A stretch of DNA of 50,898 nucleotides from Tubiluchus corallicola. Its lineage: Eukaryota > Animalia > Priapulida. Below the pieces are notes generated by a model. It had not been told where the DNA came from. It worked only from the letters and a program-made list of their open reading frames with translations, and ran no database searches. The position numbers and the translations under genes were made by a program. Positions 23,762-37,664 of the stretch are shown piece after piece (within the stretch, counting starts at the first letter, position 1; each line of letters begins with the position of its first letter). The stretch is taken from contig JAQGDQ010000955.1 in NCBI GenBank assembly GCA_030141605.1, positions 25,817-76,714 on the forward strand. Reading direction: 5' to 3'.

Positions 23762-24460
23762 AATAAGAACACACCGCATCCACTGCGTTCCCTCAAAATA
23801 AGAACACACCGCATCCACTGCGTTCTCTCAAAATAAGAACACACCGCATCCACTGCGTTCTCTCAAAATAAGAACACACAGCATCCACTGCGTTCTCTCA
23901 AAATAAGAACACACCGCATCCACTGCGTTCCCTCAAAATAAGAACACACCGCATCCACTGCATTCTCTCAAAATAAGAACACACCGCATCCACTGCATTC
24001 TCTCCTAAAATAAGAACACACCGCATCCACTGCATTCTCTCAAAATAAGAACACACCGCATCCACTGCGTTCTCTCAAAATAAGAACACACCGCATCCAC
24101 TGCGTTCTCTCAAAATAAGAACACACCACATCCACTGCATTCTCTCAAAATAAGAACACACCGCATCCACTGCGTTCTCTCAAAATAAGAACACACCGCA
24201 TCCACTGTATTCTCTCAAAATAAGAACACACCGCATCCACTGCGTTCTCTCAAAATAAGAACACACCGCATCCACTGCATTCTCTCAAAATAAGAACACA
24301 CCGCATCCACTGCGTTCTCTCAAAATAAGAACACACCGCATCCACTGCATTCTCTCAAAATAAGAACACACCGCATCCACTGCGTTCTCTCAAAATAAGA
24401 ACACACCGCATCCACTGCATTCTCTCAAAATAAGAACACACCGCATCCACTGCGTTCTCT
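23762..24460. repeat. 35-bp minisatellite, ~20 copies
   Basis: Unit AAATAAGAACACACCGCATCCACTGCRTTCTCTCA, head to tail, no spacers. Confidence 0.98.
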
Positions 24461-25111
24461 AGTCACTCCTGAATAATCATTTTTGCGGCTGCTTAAAGAG
24501 GAATTTTAAAATATATTCTAAAGAACTTTCCATACAAAGTTATAATTTATACATTATAATATATACATTACTTAACATTACGCTTGCCAGTTTGAGAGAT
24601 TCGTGCAAATGAAAAAGAAAATTCTTGATGCCTAAAGTACTCGCGCCACTTTGTAAAACCCACTGAATCCCTATCCCAGTGTGCACCAGTGATTCACCAA
24701 AAACATGTTACTGATTTCATTTGACAATACAAAGTGATTTGAACTTTTCCTTAGTTGACGAAGACGAGCTACGCCCATGTTCTGAATATTTTTTCAAACT
24801 TTGGGAAATGTTATTTAACTTATTTCAAAAAACTTCTCGTTAAAATGGCTGCACCTTACGGACATCACAGGAGTTTAAGTTTTCAGCGTTACACTGCTAA
24901 CGCAGTCCTGTGTGCAATAAGACAGCATGTAATGGATATGAATTCCAATAAAAAAATTTCAAGCTTTTTTTTTCTAAAAAGTGTTTTCTGGTGCCTGAAA
25001 ACAAACTTCGTATTACTAGGAAAAGACGTGTTACCACGACAATAGTTTTTTATGTGTAGCTCGGTACACTACAGGGCGATATCTAGTAATGCCAGGACTT
25101 ATTTATTATTC

Positions 25112-25662
25112 CATATCACGTTGAAAACACCGGTTCTCGCCTGATCACCGAAGTTAAGCAACGTAGAGCCTGGTTAGTACTTGGATGAGTGACCGCCTAG
25201 GAATACCAGGAGTTGTAGGTTTGTGGGATGCCACACTGTATCTCGACACTAGGCGGAGGAGATGCACAAGCAGCCAACGGCTAGAGGGCGGAGGAGGTCA
25301 AGTGACCCAACGGCCATGTGTAGAGGAGTAAACCTTCCAAATCAGGAGTGGAGCCCTGAAGGTGGACCAGTGCAGCATGCTCACTGACTCCGACAGTTCC
25401 TGCAGCCAACCTGGTGCCAAACGTATCACTCCGCTTTCTTTTGGACTACACCAGGAAGAAAGAGAGGGGGTTCCTGTTGTCTGAGCAACTCAGGATCTCC
25501 ATACACCTTGCCCAGGCGTGCGCCCTGGAGAGGCCATTCCAGTGGTTCAAGGATCGCACTGCTAAGTCACAGTCGACGCTGCAGCTCCATCAATGTGATC
25601 AATAACTGATTCTCTTGGCGCACACTCCATTGTCTTCCGAGGCAGAAGGATGCCAACCACAA
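25112..25662 (+). mobile_element. 5S rRNA-derived SINE, copy C (most complete body)
   Basis: 5S head plus body; 11-bp TSD ATTTATTATTC at 25101-25111 and 25663-25673. Confidence 0.95.
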
Positions 25663-26630
25663 ATTTATTATTCTAATAGTAGCTCCACCGAAGCCTAAAT
25701 TATTGTCAAGATGAAACCACTCAGGTGAGAAGGCTGCAGTTCACCTGCAATTCACATGCGAAGTGTTTGTTCTTTACTACAGTTCAGGTGTCTAGAGGAT
25801 GGAATATGTTAAGCGACACCACGACGCAAGCACAGCTTCTTCCTGTTGAAATTTAGCTTTCTCAAGCATGCGAAAAAGACATTGTTAATGAAATTGTGAA
25901 TAATTGTTAATGAAAAAATCATGTTAATGGTTGAGAAAGATGAGTTAATATGACCGTAACGAATCTGTAGTGAGAAAAGAAATATTGTAATATAACACTG
26001 TAACTATCTCACAGTATTCACCTCGTGGGGATACTATAAAAAGTGCAATATCAGTAAATCAAGACATAACTAATTCATTGACAAGTAGAATTTAACGACA
26101 CAATTTAGCGAAGCGATTACTGACTAGATGTCACAATTAATAAAATATTCATGACTGATAAGGTAATTAAATGGTCATAAAACATTTAGTTATCAAAGCG
26201 ACAAAACGAATTGATAACCATGTGTATCGTAGATTTGTGACTAGCTCCATTATATAGAAAAAGAGCTAAATTACAATATAAATTACAAAGAAAATCAATT
26301 TTGCTGAAGTTATTACATGTATATAATAACTTCAGCTCCAGAATACGGTAAATTTTCTTTTATATAAAACAAACAAGCAGTTCGTTAATTGATTAGTTCA
26401 GCAGTTATCAGGAATTTTTCCAAATTGTTAGCTAAAATAAAATGAGAATTACCATGTTGTTCATATTTGATGCAAAACGTGCAAAAAATTTTCTCCACCG
26501 ATGACTTCTGGCTTCCTTCGGGCTACTTCTTGCTGCGTCGTCTCAAGCAAATTCCACGCATTAATTCTCAAGCAAATGACACTTTAATTAACACATTTTA
26601 TGGCAAAATGTAGATGTACTTTAGAAAAAA

Positions 26631-26922
26631 ATGACGATGATGATGGTGGTGGTGGCGGTGGTGGTGGTGGTGATGATGGTGGTGGTGGTGGTGGTGGTGG
26701 TGGTGGTGGTGATGGTGATGGTGATGGTGGTGGTGGTGTTGGTGTTGGTGGTGGTGGTGGTAGTGGTGGTGGCGCTGGTGGTGGTGGTGGTGGTGGTGAT
26801 GGTGGTGGTGGTGGTGGTGTTGATGGTGATGGTGATGGTAATAATCGTAGCGGTGGCGTCGGTGGTCATCGTGATGATGATGATGGTGGTGGTGATGATG
26901 ATGATGATGATGACGGTGATGA
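26631..26922. repeat. (GGT/GAT)n microsatellite
   Basis: Directly visible. Confidence 0.97.
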
Positions 26923-27022
26923 ATGAAGAGCATGCCGGTGCTGGAAGTGATGGTGAAGATCATACCAAAAAGGCTAAAGTTTACAATACCCAAACACACA
27001 AGAAATTACTTCGTGAAGCTGA

Positions 27023-27097
27023 TTAGGATTAGGGTTGGGGTTAGGGTCAGAAATAAGGTTGGGTTAGCGTTAGAGTTAGTGCTAGGGTTAGGGTCGG
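27023..27097 (+). repeat. Degenerate TTAGGG-like interstitial repeats
   Basis: ttaggattagggttggggttagggtcag...gttagcgttagagttagtgctagggttagggtc. Confidence 0.7.
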
Positions 27098-27515
27098 GGA
27101 GTTGTAAGCTCCCTCCCAAAAAAAAATAATACCTGGTTCAGATGATCTTTGATATTCTAGTTAAGAATCGAAGTCAGTCAAGCTCCACGCTTTGAGAGTT
27201 ACGCAGCAATTACAGAATTCCTGATTCCTCATTCCATTATTCATTCCACGCTGTAAAATAATTCAAATGTTTACATTAAAGCAAAAATTTACATTTTAGT
27301 GTTTTTATATTCTACAGTTCATTGGCTAACAGCTAAATCAATGTTACTTTTGCATAAGTTTTGCCAAAGCACCAAAAAATTACAGTTCACCGCAATCTGG
27401 CGCCTGCAAATCAAAATGTTGGATCACGTCACTGTTGCTGTCTTAGTACGTAATTAGTTATGACGTCACTTCAGCATAAATCTTATAAAAAGAAGCATGC
27501 GATGCATTTTAACTA

Positions 27516-27955
27516 TAGGTTTTACACGTCAAATGTAGACCTGCGTTAACTCAAATGTAGATTTAGGTAAATCAAAAGTGTCTTGGCAACTCAAATGTAG
27601 GCTTTGGTAGTTCAAATATGTTAACAATGGTTTTCAAGAAATCTTAAGCGTTTTTGGTAAGTCAACTGTAGACACATGTCAAGTCAAATGTGACATTGGT
27701 ATCTCAAATGTGGATAAGTGTTAAAGTTTAAGGATGTTAAATTTAATCTTCTTTAATTTCAATGTAATAGTTGCTCCTAAGTTAAAATAACAACGTTATA
27801 GGCCTACTTATAGATGCACTATCTTTGGTTTATCTTTTTTCTAATTTGCACTTAAATAACTTAATTACCGATTTATTCAAAGTATCGCATCTACATTTGA
27901 CTTACCTAAGTCACATTTGAACTTTCCCGTGCCTACATTTGTCGTGTAAAACCTA
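27516..27955. mobile_element. MITE with TAGGTTTTACACG TIRs and CAAATGTAG subterminal repeats (superfamily uncertain)
   Basis: ta|taggttttacacgtcaaatgtag ... ctacatttgtcgtgtaaaaccta|ta; a truncated inverted copy lies at 46243-46530. Confidence 0.85.
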
Positions 27956-28597
27956 TATAATATGGAACTGTATTATTATGCATGAATATATTGGGGTCGA
28001 ATATACATAGAACGTTGATTTTAAGTAGTTCGGCATAGAATATTAAAGATTTGCTAAATTTATAAAATTAAAACAGATTTTATTTTAATTGTACCACCCG
28101 TTGCAAGTTTTATTTCTGAATTTAGATGTTGAACATTGATAGACCAGAATTAATAATCAGTTTATATCAGTTTAATTAATTAATGACTGACCCTAACGGT
28201 TAATTAGTTGAAGGAGAAAGGCCCCGAAAAACTATGAATCAGCCATGATTCCTACCCAGAACCTTCAGGTTGCAGGGCGGATCATCTCCTTGTTAATAAA
28301 CCTAGCGGCTTATATCAGTCATAGTCAACTATAGTCAAATAGACTATTATTCTCTAAAAATAGGGTACTTGCTAACCTTTGGCTTTGGTGAAACGTAAAC
28401 GCCCCATTCTATTCAAGGTTCATTCAGAGTTTTCAGTTTATTGTAGTGTCTTTACGTTCTTGCGTCTCTTCTGGTGCTTGCGTCAGTTAGAAACGGCGAG
28501 AAAGGCTACTGTTTAGTAAAATTTGGTTGCTTCTGTCTGTTGCTTTGACTTTCTTAATTACGTTTATGAGCAGCATCTTCTAAAGCATCTTCTAAAG

Positions 28598-29044
28598 CAG
28601 GGGTGTGCAAATTATCTGACTAGCCGGGCCACATTAAACTTTCCCGCAATTCCTGCGAGCCACAGGCAGCTTGATCAAGTACAGAAAGGCCTAATAATGA
28701 TTTTTTTTTGCATCCGACCTGCGTATATCATTACTACTACACTCAAGAAACTATTTTAGAAGTTATTAAAATTTATATTACAAACCATATATTTCTACTT
28801 TCAGGACAGATAGTGGTAATTTCATTACAATGCATATTAGTAATCTGTATCACACAGTCTGTGTAGTACAGTGACATTAAGCTACAACCGCCTTGTAATG
28901 GTTAATGGCATCCATTCTTGTAGAAAAAACTACCCGCACTATCTTTGGGATCGTGGCACGGACTTCAGCTGGATACACTCAATTAATCGCCCGGGCCGCA
29001 CTTTCATTAGGTTGACAAATCTCTTTGCGGGCCGCACAAATTCT
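28598..29044 (+). mobile_element. hAT (Charlie-like) MITE, right-truncated copy
   Basis: Begins CAGGGGTGTGCAAATT; colinear with 41949-42431 but lacks the right TIR. Confidence 0.85.
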
Positions 29045-29273
29045 GGTGTTCAGTTTTGTCTGAACCTCTTGCGACACATACTATAGAAATGATCCTTAAA
29101 AGTATGAACCATTTCCTCCTTTATGAGCAACTTTTGTCAACGAATCGACAGACTAACGAATTAAAATGCTAAGAGGCCGTTGCTACCAACATGCGTGAGA
29201 AAACCAATACTTATGATGTCATTTAAGACGTCATACTTTACATTAGCGTATGGAAGAAAGATCACTGGATATC

Positions 29274-29800
29274 GTTGGCATCTTTCTGTCTCGGAAGACA
29301 ATGGAGTGTGCGCCAAGAGAGTCAGTCATTGATCACATTGATGGAGCTGCAGCGTCGACTGTGGCTGAGCAGTCCGATCCTTGAACCACTGGAGTGGCCT
29401 CTCCAGGGCGCACGCATGGGCAAGGTGTATGGAGATCCTGAGTTACCCAGACAACAGGAACCCCCTGTCTTCCTCCCTGGTGTAGTCCAAAGGAAAGCGG
29501 AGCGATACATTTGGCACCAGGTTGGCTGCAGGGGCTGCTGGAGTCAGTGAGCATGCTGCACTGGTCCGCCTTCGGAGCTCCACTCCTGATTTGGAAGGTT
29601 TACTCCTCTACACATGGCCGTTGGGTCACTTGACCTCCTCCGCCCTCTAACCGTTGGTTGCTTGTGCAGCTCCTCCGCCTAGTGTCGAGATACAGTGTGG
29701 ACATCCCGCAAGCCTACACCACCTGGTATTCCTAGGCGGTCACCCATCCAAGTACTAACCAGGCTCTCCGTATCTTAACTCCGGTGTTTTCAACGTGACT
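29274..29800 (-). mobile_element. 5S rRNA-derived SINE, copy D
   Basis: 10-bp TSD ACTGGATATC at 29264-29273 and 29801-29810; small deletion in the 5S head. Confidence 0.95.
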
Positions 29801-30167
29801 ACTGGATATCAACGCGTGATTTTAACGAACAGCAAAATGAACGCTCTCTTAATCTTGATATTGATAATCATACAAACATTGCGCAGTAATTTGGCTAATT
29901 AATTGATTTTGTTGTTTTCAAATTGACAGCTAGTGTGTAAGCTACTAAACAACGCCCGACTTCTAAAGCATATCAGCCGTTCAGTGAATGTAATATTATA
30001 GTACAATACTAGCTGAATTGCTGCTCTAGTTGTACTGACGCTAATGTTTGGTGTGAGTAGATTTTTTGTGGCTCACATTTCTATTATTAACCATTTTTGT
30101 GATGCTCTAGATATTTTTGAAATAAATGCTGCCATATTTGAAAAATGTTAATCAAAACTTGTGTGGG

Positions 30168-30536
30168 TGTTGTGGAGATCGCTGGCATCTGTTAGAATTA
30201 AATAGAACATTGTAGAATGTTCCGTTAGAATAATCGTCTGACCGTGTGGAATGTTCTGGAAAGAAACTTCTAGAAGCTTCTCGGGCACGCTATATAAGGC
30301 GAAGCAGGCCGCTGAGAGAGACACACAGATTCACACGGATGCCACTTACACATTCTCTTGTATACTTGTATTTTCAGATACACGCAAACGTTTTCCAGAT
30401 TTTCACGTTTAGTGTAAACATTTCGTGTTCGTCCATACTTTTGTGTTGTAGAATTCTCGCTTAATAAACTAGTTTAATTTGATGAAGTGTTTTCTGGTTT
30501 TCTCTGCGAGCCTTCCGAGAGAAACAAAACACAACA
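30168..30536 (+). mobile_element. Solo LTR (369 bp) of a second LTR-retrotransposon family
   Basis: TGTTGTG...CACAACA ends, TATATAA and AATAAA inside, 5-bp TSD GTGGG on both sides. Confidence 0.93.
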
Positions 30537-30997
30537 GTGGGCTTCTTCAACTTCGTTCATTTTAAAAACTACACGCATAGTAAAAGTAGAAAATAAGAAA
30601 CTGCAAAGACATTTGACTGGTATGTCCCCAAGGGTAAAAAATGACCATGCCCAAACGTCACCTCCTTGATATTAACTAAATGCCATTTAGAGTCTTTGGA
30701 AGGGATTTTGTAAAGTCGCGCAAACACACGTGTATGAGATGTGTATATGTTTATGCCTATCCTATATGTAGCTGTCCTTCCTGATACTGACCTTCCTAAT
30801 GGTCCTGATAGGCAGATTATAAAATCGGGAACCTTTAAGCGGAACAGGAAGAAGATGTCAGAAAACATTGTGAACTCATCCATCACCGTCCCGGAAACGG
30901 ATACATCTTGATGGTTCGAAGGAAAAATGACGCATTGATTTTTTGGCGTATCAAAGTCTGTTTGGATATCTCTAGAGGTATCAAAGTTATTTGATAA

Positions 30998-31296
30998 CCC
31001 TGCACCAGGAGCAAAAAGCTGGCATTCTCTTCGGAAATTATAATAACAATCAATTACTAATCAACAAACGATTGGTTTTGTATGTCCGAAAACTAGGACC
31101 CCGCACCAGGAGCAAAAAGCTGGCATTTTCTTCGGAAATTATAATAACAATCAATTACTAATCAACAAACGATTGGTTTTGTATGTCCGAAAACTAGGAC
31201 CCCGCACCAGGAGCAAAAAGCTGGCATTTTCTTCGGAAATTATAATAACAATCAATTACTAATCAACAAATGACTGTTTTTTATGTCCGAAAACTG
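30998..31296. repeat. 101-bp tandem repeat, ~3 copies
   Basis: gcaccaggagcaaaaagctggc starts at 31002, 31103 and 31204. Confidence 0.95.
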
Positions 31297-32749
31297 AGGT
31301 TGTATGTGGAGCGAGACTATTTAATACTGGAAGAAAATTAAACTGAGCAAGTATAAAAAAACAGATTTACCTCTGATCAGCAAATGACTGTTTTGTGCAA
31401 AAAATTTTTGGCAAAAAATTTGCGTATCAAGAAGTCATAATAAAGAAGCTATCTTCAGAGAGTGATATTCCACATTTATGATCATAAATTTAAACTGTAA
31501 ATTTTGCTTAGGGCTTGACGGGTTTACAAAATGTAATTAAATCCTCTTTGTGGAAAGAAAGACATACATGCACCTGAAATTGCCTAAGCCACATCTGTTA
31601 GTTCAGTGTCCCACCTTAAACGCCTGATCTTGATTTTGGACTAGGATTACATTTCACCATAAACATTAATAATTAATATATAGACCAAGCTAAATGTTAG
31701 ATTCGTGCTTGGATGAAAAGACATAATTTTAACGAATTTGCAAACAATTATGAACTAAATTTCATTATCTGTGTTCTACCTATCTGTGTATCCGAAACGA
31801 AGTTAAATTCTTCTAAACCCATAGTTGTTGATACACTTTTGATCTCGTTGGTACCGTTGTCATTACCGCCGTCGGTAAATCGCATATATCTTTCCCGAAG
31901 ACAACTTTCATTTTGTCTAAGTATTGTCGAAAATAACATATTTTTAAGTAAAATATGGTTTCATGATTTTATTCCATGTGTCTGTTGAATTAATCTAAAT
32001 TTGAGTTAAAGGCCAGGCGGTACGACTGACTTGGTTTAACTGCACTGGCATTTGAAGACAAAGCTAAGTGTTGGCTATATTGTAATTTAGTAAGGATAGC
32101 TAACTGCCTTAATGTAAGTTTATTTACACGAAGAACTTATGGCAAAAATTTTAAATTAGTGATGTCAACGACATTGTCTTCATTGAGCAGAAAGAGTTTT
32201 TATATGTGTGAGCAGAAAGACAAGAACATTTATAGAATTTGCTATGAAATAGTAATTGGAAAATTTACAGAATTATTTGTATTATAGTCAGCACAATTGA
32301 GGAAAAGATACCTAGCTAGTTCACGTAGTTGCTGTTTTGCGACCTGTAAGGAGACTTCACTTCATTATGTTGTTTATCGTTTGGAACTGTCTCGTAATGT
32401 CGATAGCAAATGGAAAATACTATAATCTGCTATTTTAATTTCAGTTGTGGTTAATGTTAAAGCACAGGTTTTGTCCAAATTCTGTCCATATCGTTACAGT
32501 CTATTAATGGTCAGCCCCTGGTGTACGAAAATTCACTCTATGCGTAACAAATCGCAATCATATAGCATAAAAAGAAAATGATTCACTTATGTAATTGTCT
32601 ATTTATCAGTTGATGTTCCATGAACTAAAATAATTGTTTGGTTAAAAATGCAATTGATCAAAAGCAAAGGAACTAGATAATTCTTGAATGTGATACCTAA
32701 AGATACCTATACATAACTATGTATATGTATAGTAGTCATTTCAAGTTAT

Positions 32750-34110
<1,361 letters not shown>

Positions 34111-35685
34111 TGTCGGTCAGCGAGTTTTACATTTTGCTAAAACCCATTAAACTACCTGGATGTTGCTGTTTCCTTCATTGTCAATACTGACAAATCACAT
34201 ATTTAGCCTGGTCTGTTCACCATTGCCTAGCACTTCGTCTTCTGGCAGCCGAATGATCAAGAACGTACAAGCTCGCTCAGTGAGTATGTTTATTCCTAAC
34301 TGTATTAACGTATTTTTTTTAATTTGCGCTCAAACAGACATGACTCATTAATTTTTCACAGGATCCTCTTCAGAAATGGTTTATTTTGTAAGTTACTTCT
34401 TCTCTGATACATTCATGCCACACTTCATAAAGTGCAGTATTTATTTGTTTGTTTATTAACTACCTGAAGGCTTTAGGCTAATGCAGGACAATTGAACTTA
34501 TGTGTCCGGAAATATTTTTTACCGGAATTAATTGTTTAGGAAAATAACATTGATTTTTCGGTCATTAGAGCCAAAATGTAACAATAACACGATATTAATC
34601 GTTTTAGAAACATGGGAAGAAAACCATTATCGAATCGGCTGGTAAAAAAGCTGCAAATATAAAAAAAGCTAAAGAATAAGAGAGAAAAACTTATATGATT
34701 AAATGCAATCAGTACATATGATTCACAAATGAACAACACGAAAAACCTGTCTGTGAGGGGATTAGCGCTTGCCTATTCTATTTTACAGTATTTCTCTCAT
34801 CTCACCGCTGCTAAATCTCGATGTTACTAACCATAAAATGTCATAACCATTAATTGCGTCTGACATTAAACTATTTACTGAAATAACGAAGCATTTAGTT
34901 ATCATTCTATGCATCTGCCACCTTTTTTGTACTTGCTGATTTTTAACAGCATAGCTTTAGTTAATCAGACAGTATTCCAAGAAAATTGTGAAAGTATAAA
35001 GAGAAACATGGAAAAGGTAATTTTTGCCGACATCTGGCAATTTTAATTTCCGTACCGCTTAAAAACCATGCAGGCGGTAAAACAGATGGACAGACAAACG
35101 ACACAACTAAAGGTCACGCCCACAGGCCTCGTGTCTCGTTTAGGAAGAGCATTTTCGAGTTTTTTATTATCTATTATTGATTCACTTGAATTTTCTGCGA
35201 ATTCTGCTCAATTTTTTCCTCTGTCAAATAATGGTGGTCATAATGATAAACTACTGCTTCTTCTACTCCAGTCCTGCTGTTTATATTTTTGTGGGAGAGT
35301 GTATGTTTGTGGGTAAAACACTTCTACTGTTAGTTCGATCTCTCATTTCACACGATTTGCTTGTTAATTTGTTAGAGCAAAACCGGACCCAATCTAAAAC
35401 TGTAGGTCAAAACAATCTACTCTTTAAAATATTGAAAGGAAACATACTATTTTTTCCAGAATGACTTACGTGAAAGAATCATTACCACGCGAACACACTT
35501 TCACGTTCGCGCCACTAGTTTTTCGCTGTTACATGCATTTCACCATTCGGTGGTTAGACGGGCATTAGCGCCTGCATTTCGGAATGTATTGGACAAAAAA
35601 TAGGTGCTGCACCTCTCAGTTCAGATATCTTCGCTTGTGACGAACTGCACACTTTCAACAGCTCATGCGTGGGCACAGCAGTAAA

Positions 35686-35998
35686 CTTTGAAACCCGAAT
35701 TTTTATTTTAAAACATGCCTAGTTTTAATACTACATACTGCATATCTTGCAGTAGCACTATTTTTCAATTTACGCTTTCACAAACACCTGCAACACGCTC
35801 TTCGGAATATTTTTGCTGTTGAAAATTATGACAGTTTGTGGTGTCATCAATAGTTGGGCTCGTCCGACTTTAATTAAGATTTTAATCTAGTAATTAATTA
35901 TCAGAAACGCTTTTGCAGTATTAATTATGTTGAAATGTATACTTTTTGCCGGACTTCAAAATGGGATGGTATTTCAAAAATCATCCTGTTTTCCTTAA
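35686..35998 (-). mobile_element. End of a Kolobok-like DNA element (copy 1)
   Basis: Inverted homologue of 41012-41343; ends ...gttttcc followed by TTAA. Confidence 0.6.
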
Positions 35999-36257
35999 AA
36001 TCCCGGTTCTGCTATTAGCAGCAATATTTGTAGACATTAAGTTAAAGGACGGATAGCGATTTGCCGTTTGAAAAGTTGAATAACTGATTATTGGTTGTTT
36101 AATTTCGAAATATAATACCAGCACTTTATTCCCTGGAACTGAAAGGTGGTTCCTGCATCCCCGTCAGCTATTTGTCAACTGAAAAAACAACGACGTTGAT
36201 GTATAAACCGCTTAATACATGGTAGCAAAACGATAAAGATATCAATCAGTTTATGTC

Positions 36258-37102
36258 GGTGCGCGGTAAAAGTGGCACAGGAAAAAATGCATATCACAAG
36301 TATTTTAATTGCTTTCTTATTATTGAAAGTATCTGTGTCAGAGCAATGCATGTACGATTTTTACCTACTTTTCCATTTATCCCATTTTTCTATGCCATTT
36401 TTACCTACTTTTCCATTTATCCCATTTTTCTATGCCATTTTTACCTACTTTTCCATTTATCCCATTTTTCTATGCCATTTTTACCTACTTTTCCATTTAT
36501 CCCATTTTTCTATGCCATTTTTACCTACTTTTCCATTTATCCCATTTTTCTATGCCATTTTTACCTACTTTTCCATTTATCCCATTTTTCTATGCCATTT
36601 TTACCTACTTTTCCATTTATCCCATTTTTCTATGCCATTTTTACCTATTTTTCCATTTATCCCATTTTTCTATGCCATTTTTACCTACTTTTCCATTTAT
36701 CCCATTTTTCTATGCCATTTTGACCTATTTTTCCATTTATCCCATTTTTCTATGCCATTTTTATCTACTTTTCCATTTGTCTCACTTTTCCTGTGCCATT
36801 TTTATTGTGCCATTTTTCCTTTGTCATTTTTTCCTACTTTTCCATTTGTGCCATTTTTACTGTGGCATTTTTCCTAGTTTTTCTTTTGTGCCATTTTTTC
36901 TATGCCATTTTACCTACATTTTCCATTTGTGCCATTTTTCCTTTGTCATTTTTTCCTACTTTTCCATTTGTGCCATTTTTTTCTATGCCATTTTACCTAC
37001 TTTTCCATTTGTCCCATTTTTCCTGTGCTATTTTTACCGTGCTATTTTCTGTGTGCCATTTTTTCATATGTCATTTTTCCTGTGCCGTTTTTACCTACAT
37101 TC
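36258..37102. mobile_element. Non-autonomous MULE/Mutator-like element with internal minisatellite
   Basis: Perfect 9-bp TSD GTTTATGTC (36249-36257, 37103-37111); inverted ends ggtaaaagtggcacaggaaaaaatg / catttttcctgtgccgtttttacc; both termini start with G. Confidence 0.85.
36357..36780. repeat. 40-bp minisatellite (~10.5 copies, degenerate continuation to ~37095)
   Basis: Unit TTACCTACTTTTCCATTTATCCCATTTTTCTATGCCATTT. Confidence 0.98.
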
Positions 37103-37664
37103 GTTTATGTCATGGTATTCGCCAAAAAAATAAGGCATTGACAAAGATTTGTTACCAAGAAAAAGTGGGACTCAATCCTCTGAATTACAGTATCTGCAAT
37201 TCTTTTTAAGAGAAAGTAAACAATGGCCACGCAGAGCCGTTTGATGCAAAAAAAACTAAAGATAAAATCTTTTGATAAGGTGGGTTCAAATTCACCTTAA
37301 AGAATTGAGAAAATGTGTCAGCTATTGATTGAAACGCTTTAGTCAAATTTGCAGTGTAAACGATAGACGCATAGAGCTGTGGCTGTAAATTTTAACAAAA
37401 ATGATGAAAGACAAAAAATGTTTCCGCATCTTCATTTTTGACATGTTAACTTAAAACTTCTGTATTTTTGGACAAATTTAAGGGAATGACTTAAAATTTT
37501 TGACATTTATACTTAAGTGCCTGTAATATCAATGCGGCAATTTTCAAGCAGTTCCACTGTTTTGTTCTTATAATATCGTGATGAAAACTTCGGTACATTT
37601 TTCTATGCCAACCTGTGTATATTTGTTAAAACGACAAATAATTCTTTTCTATAGAATTTAGACA

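Noticed and set aside
23762-24460. 35-bp repeat array as CRISPR
   Set aside because: Units are contiguous with no unique spacers, there are no cas genes, and the context is eukaryotic. The same applies to the 40- and 62-bp arrays.
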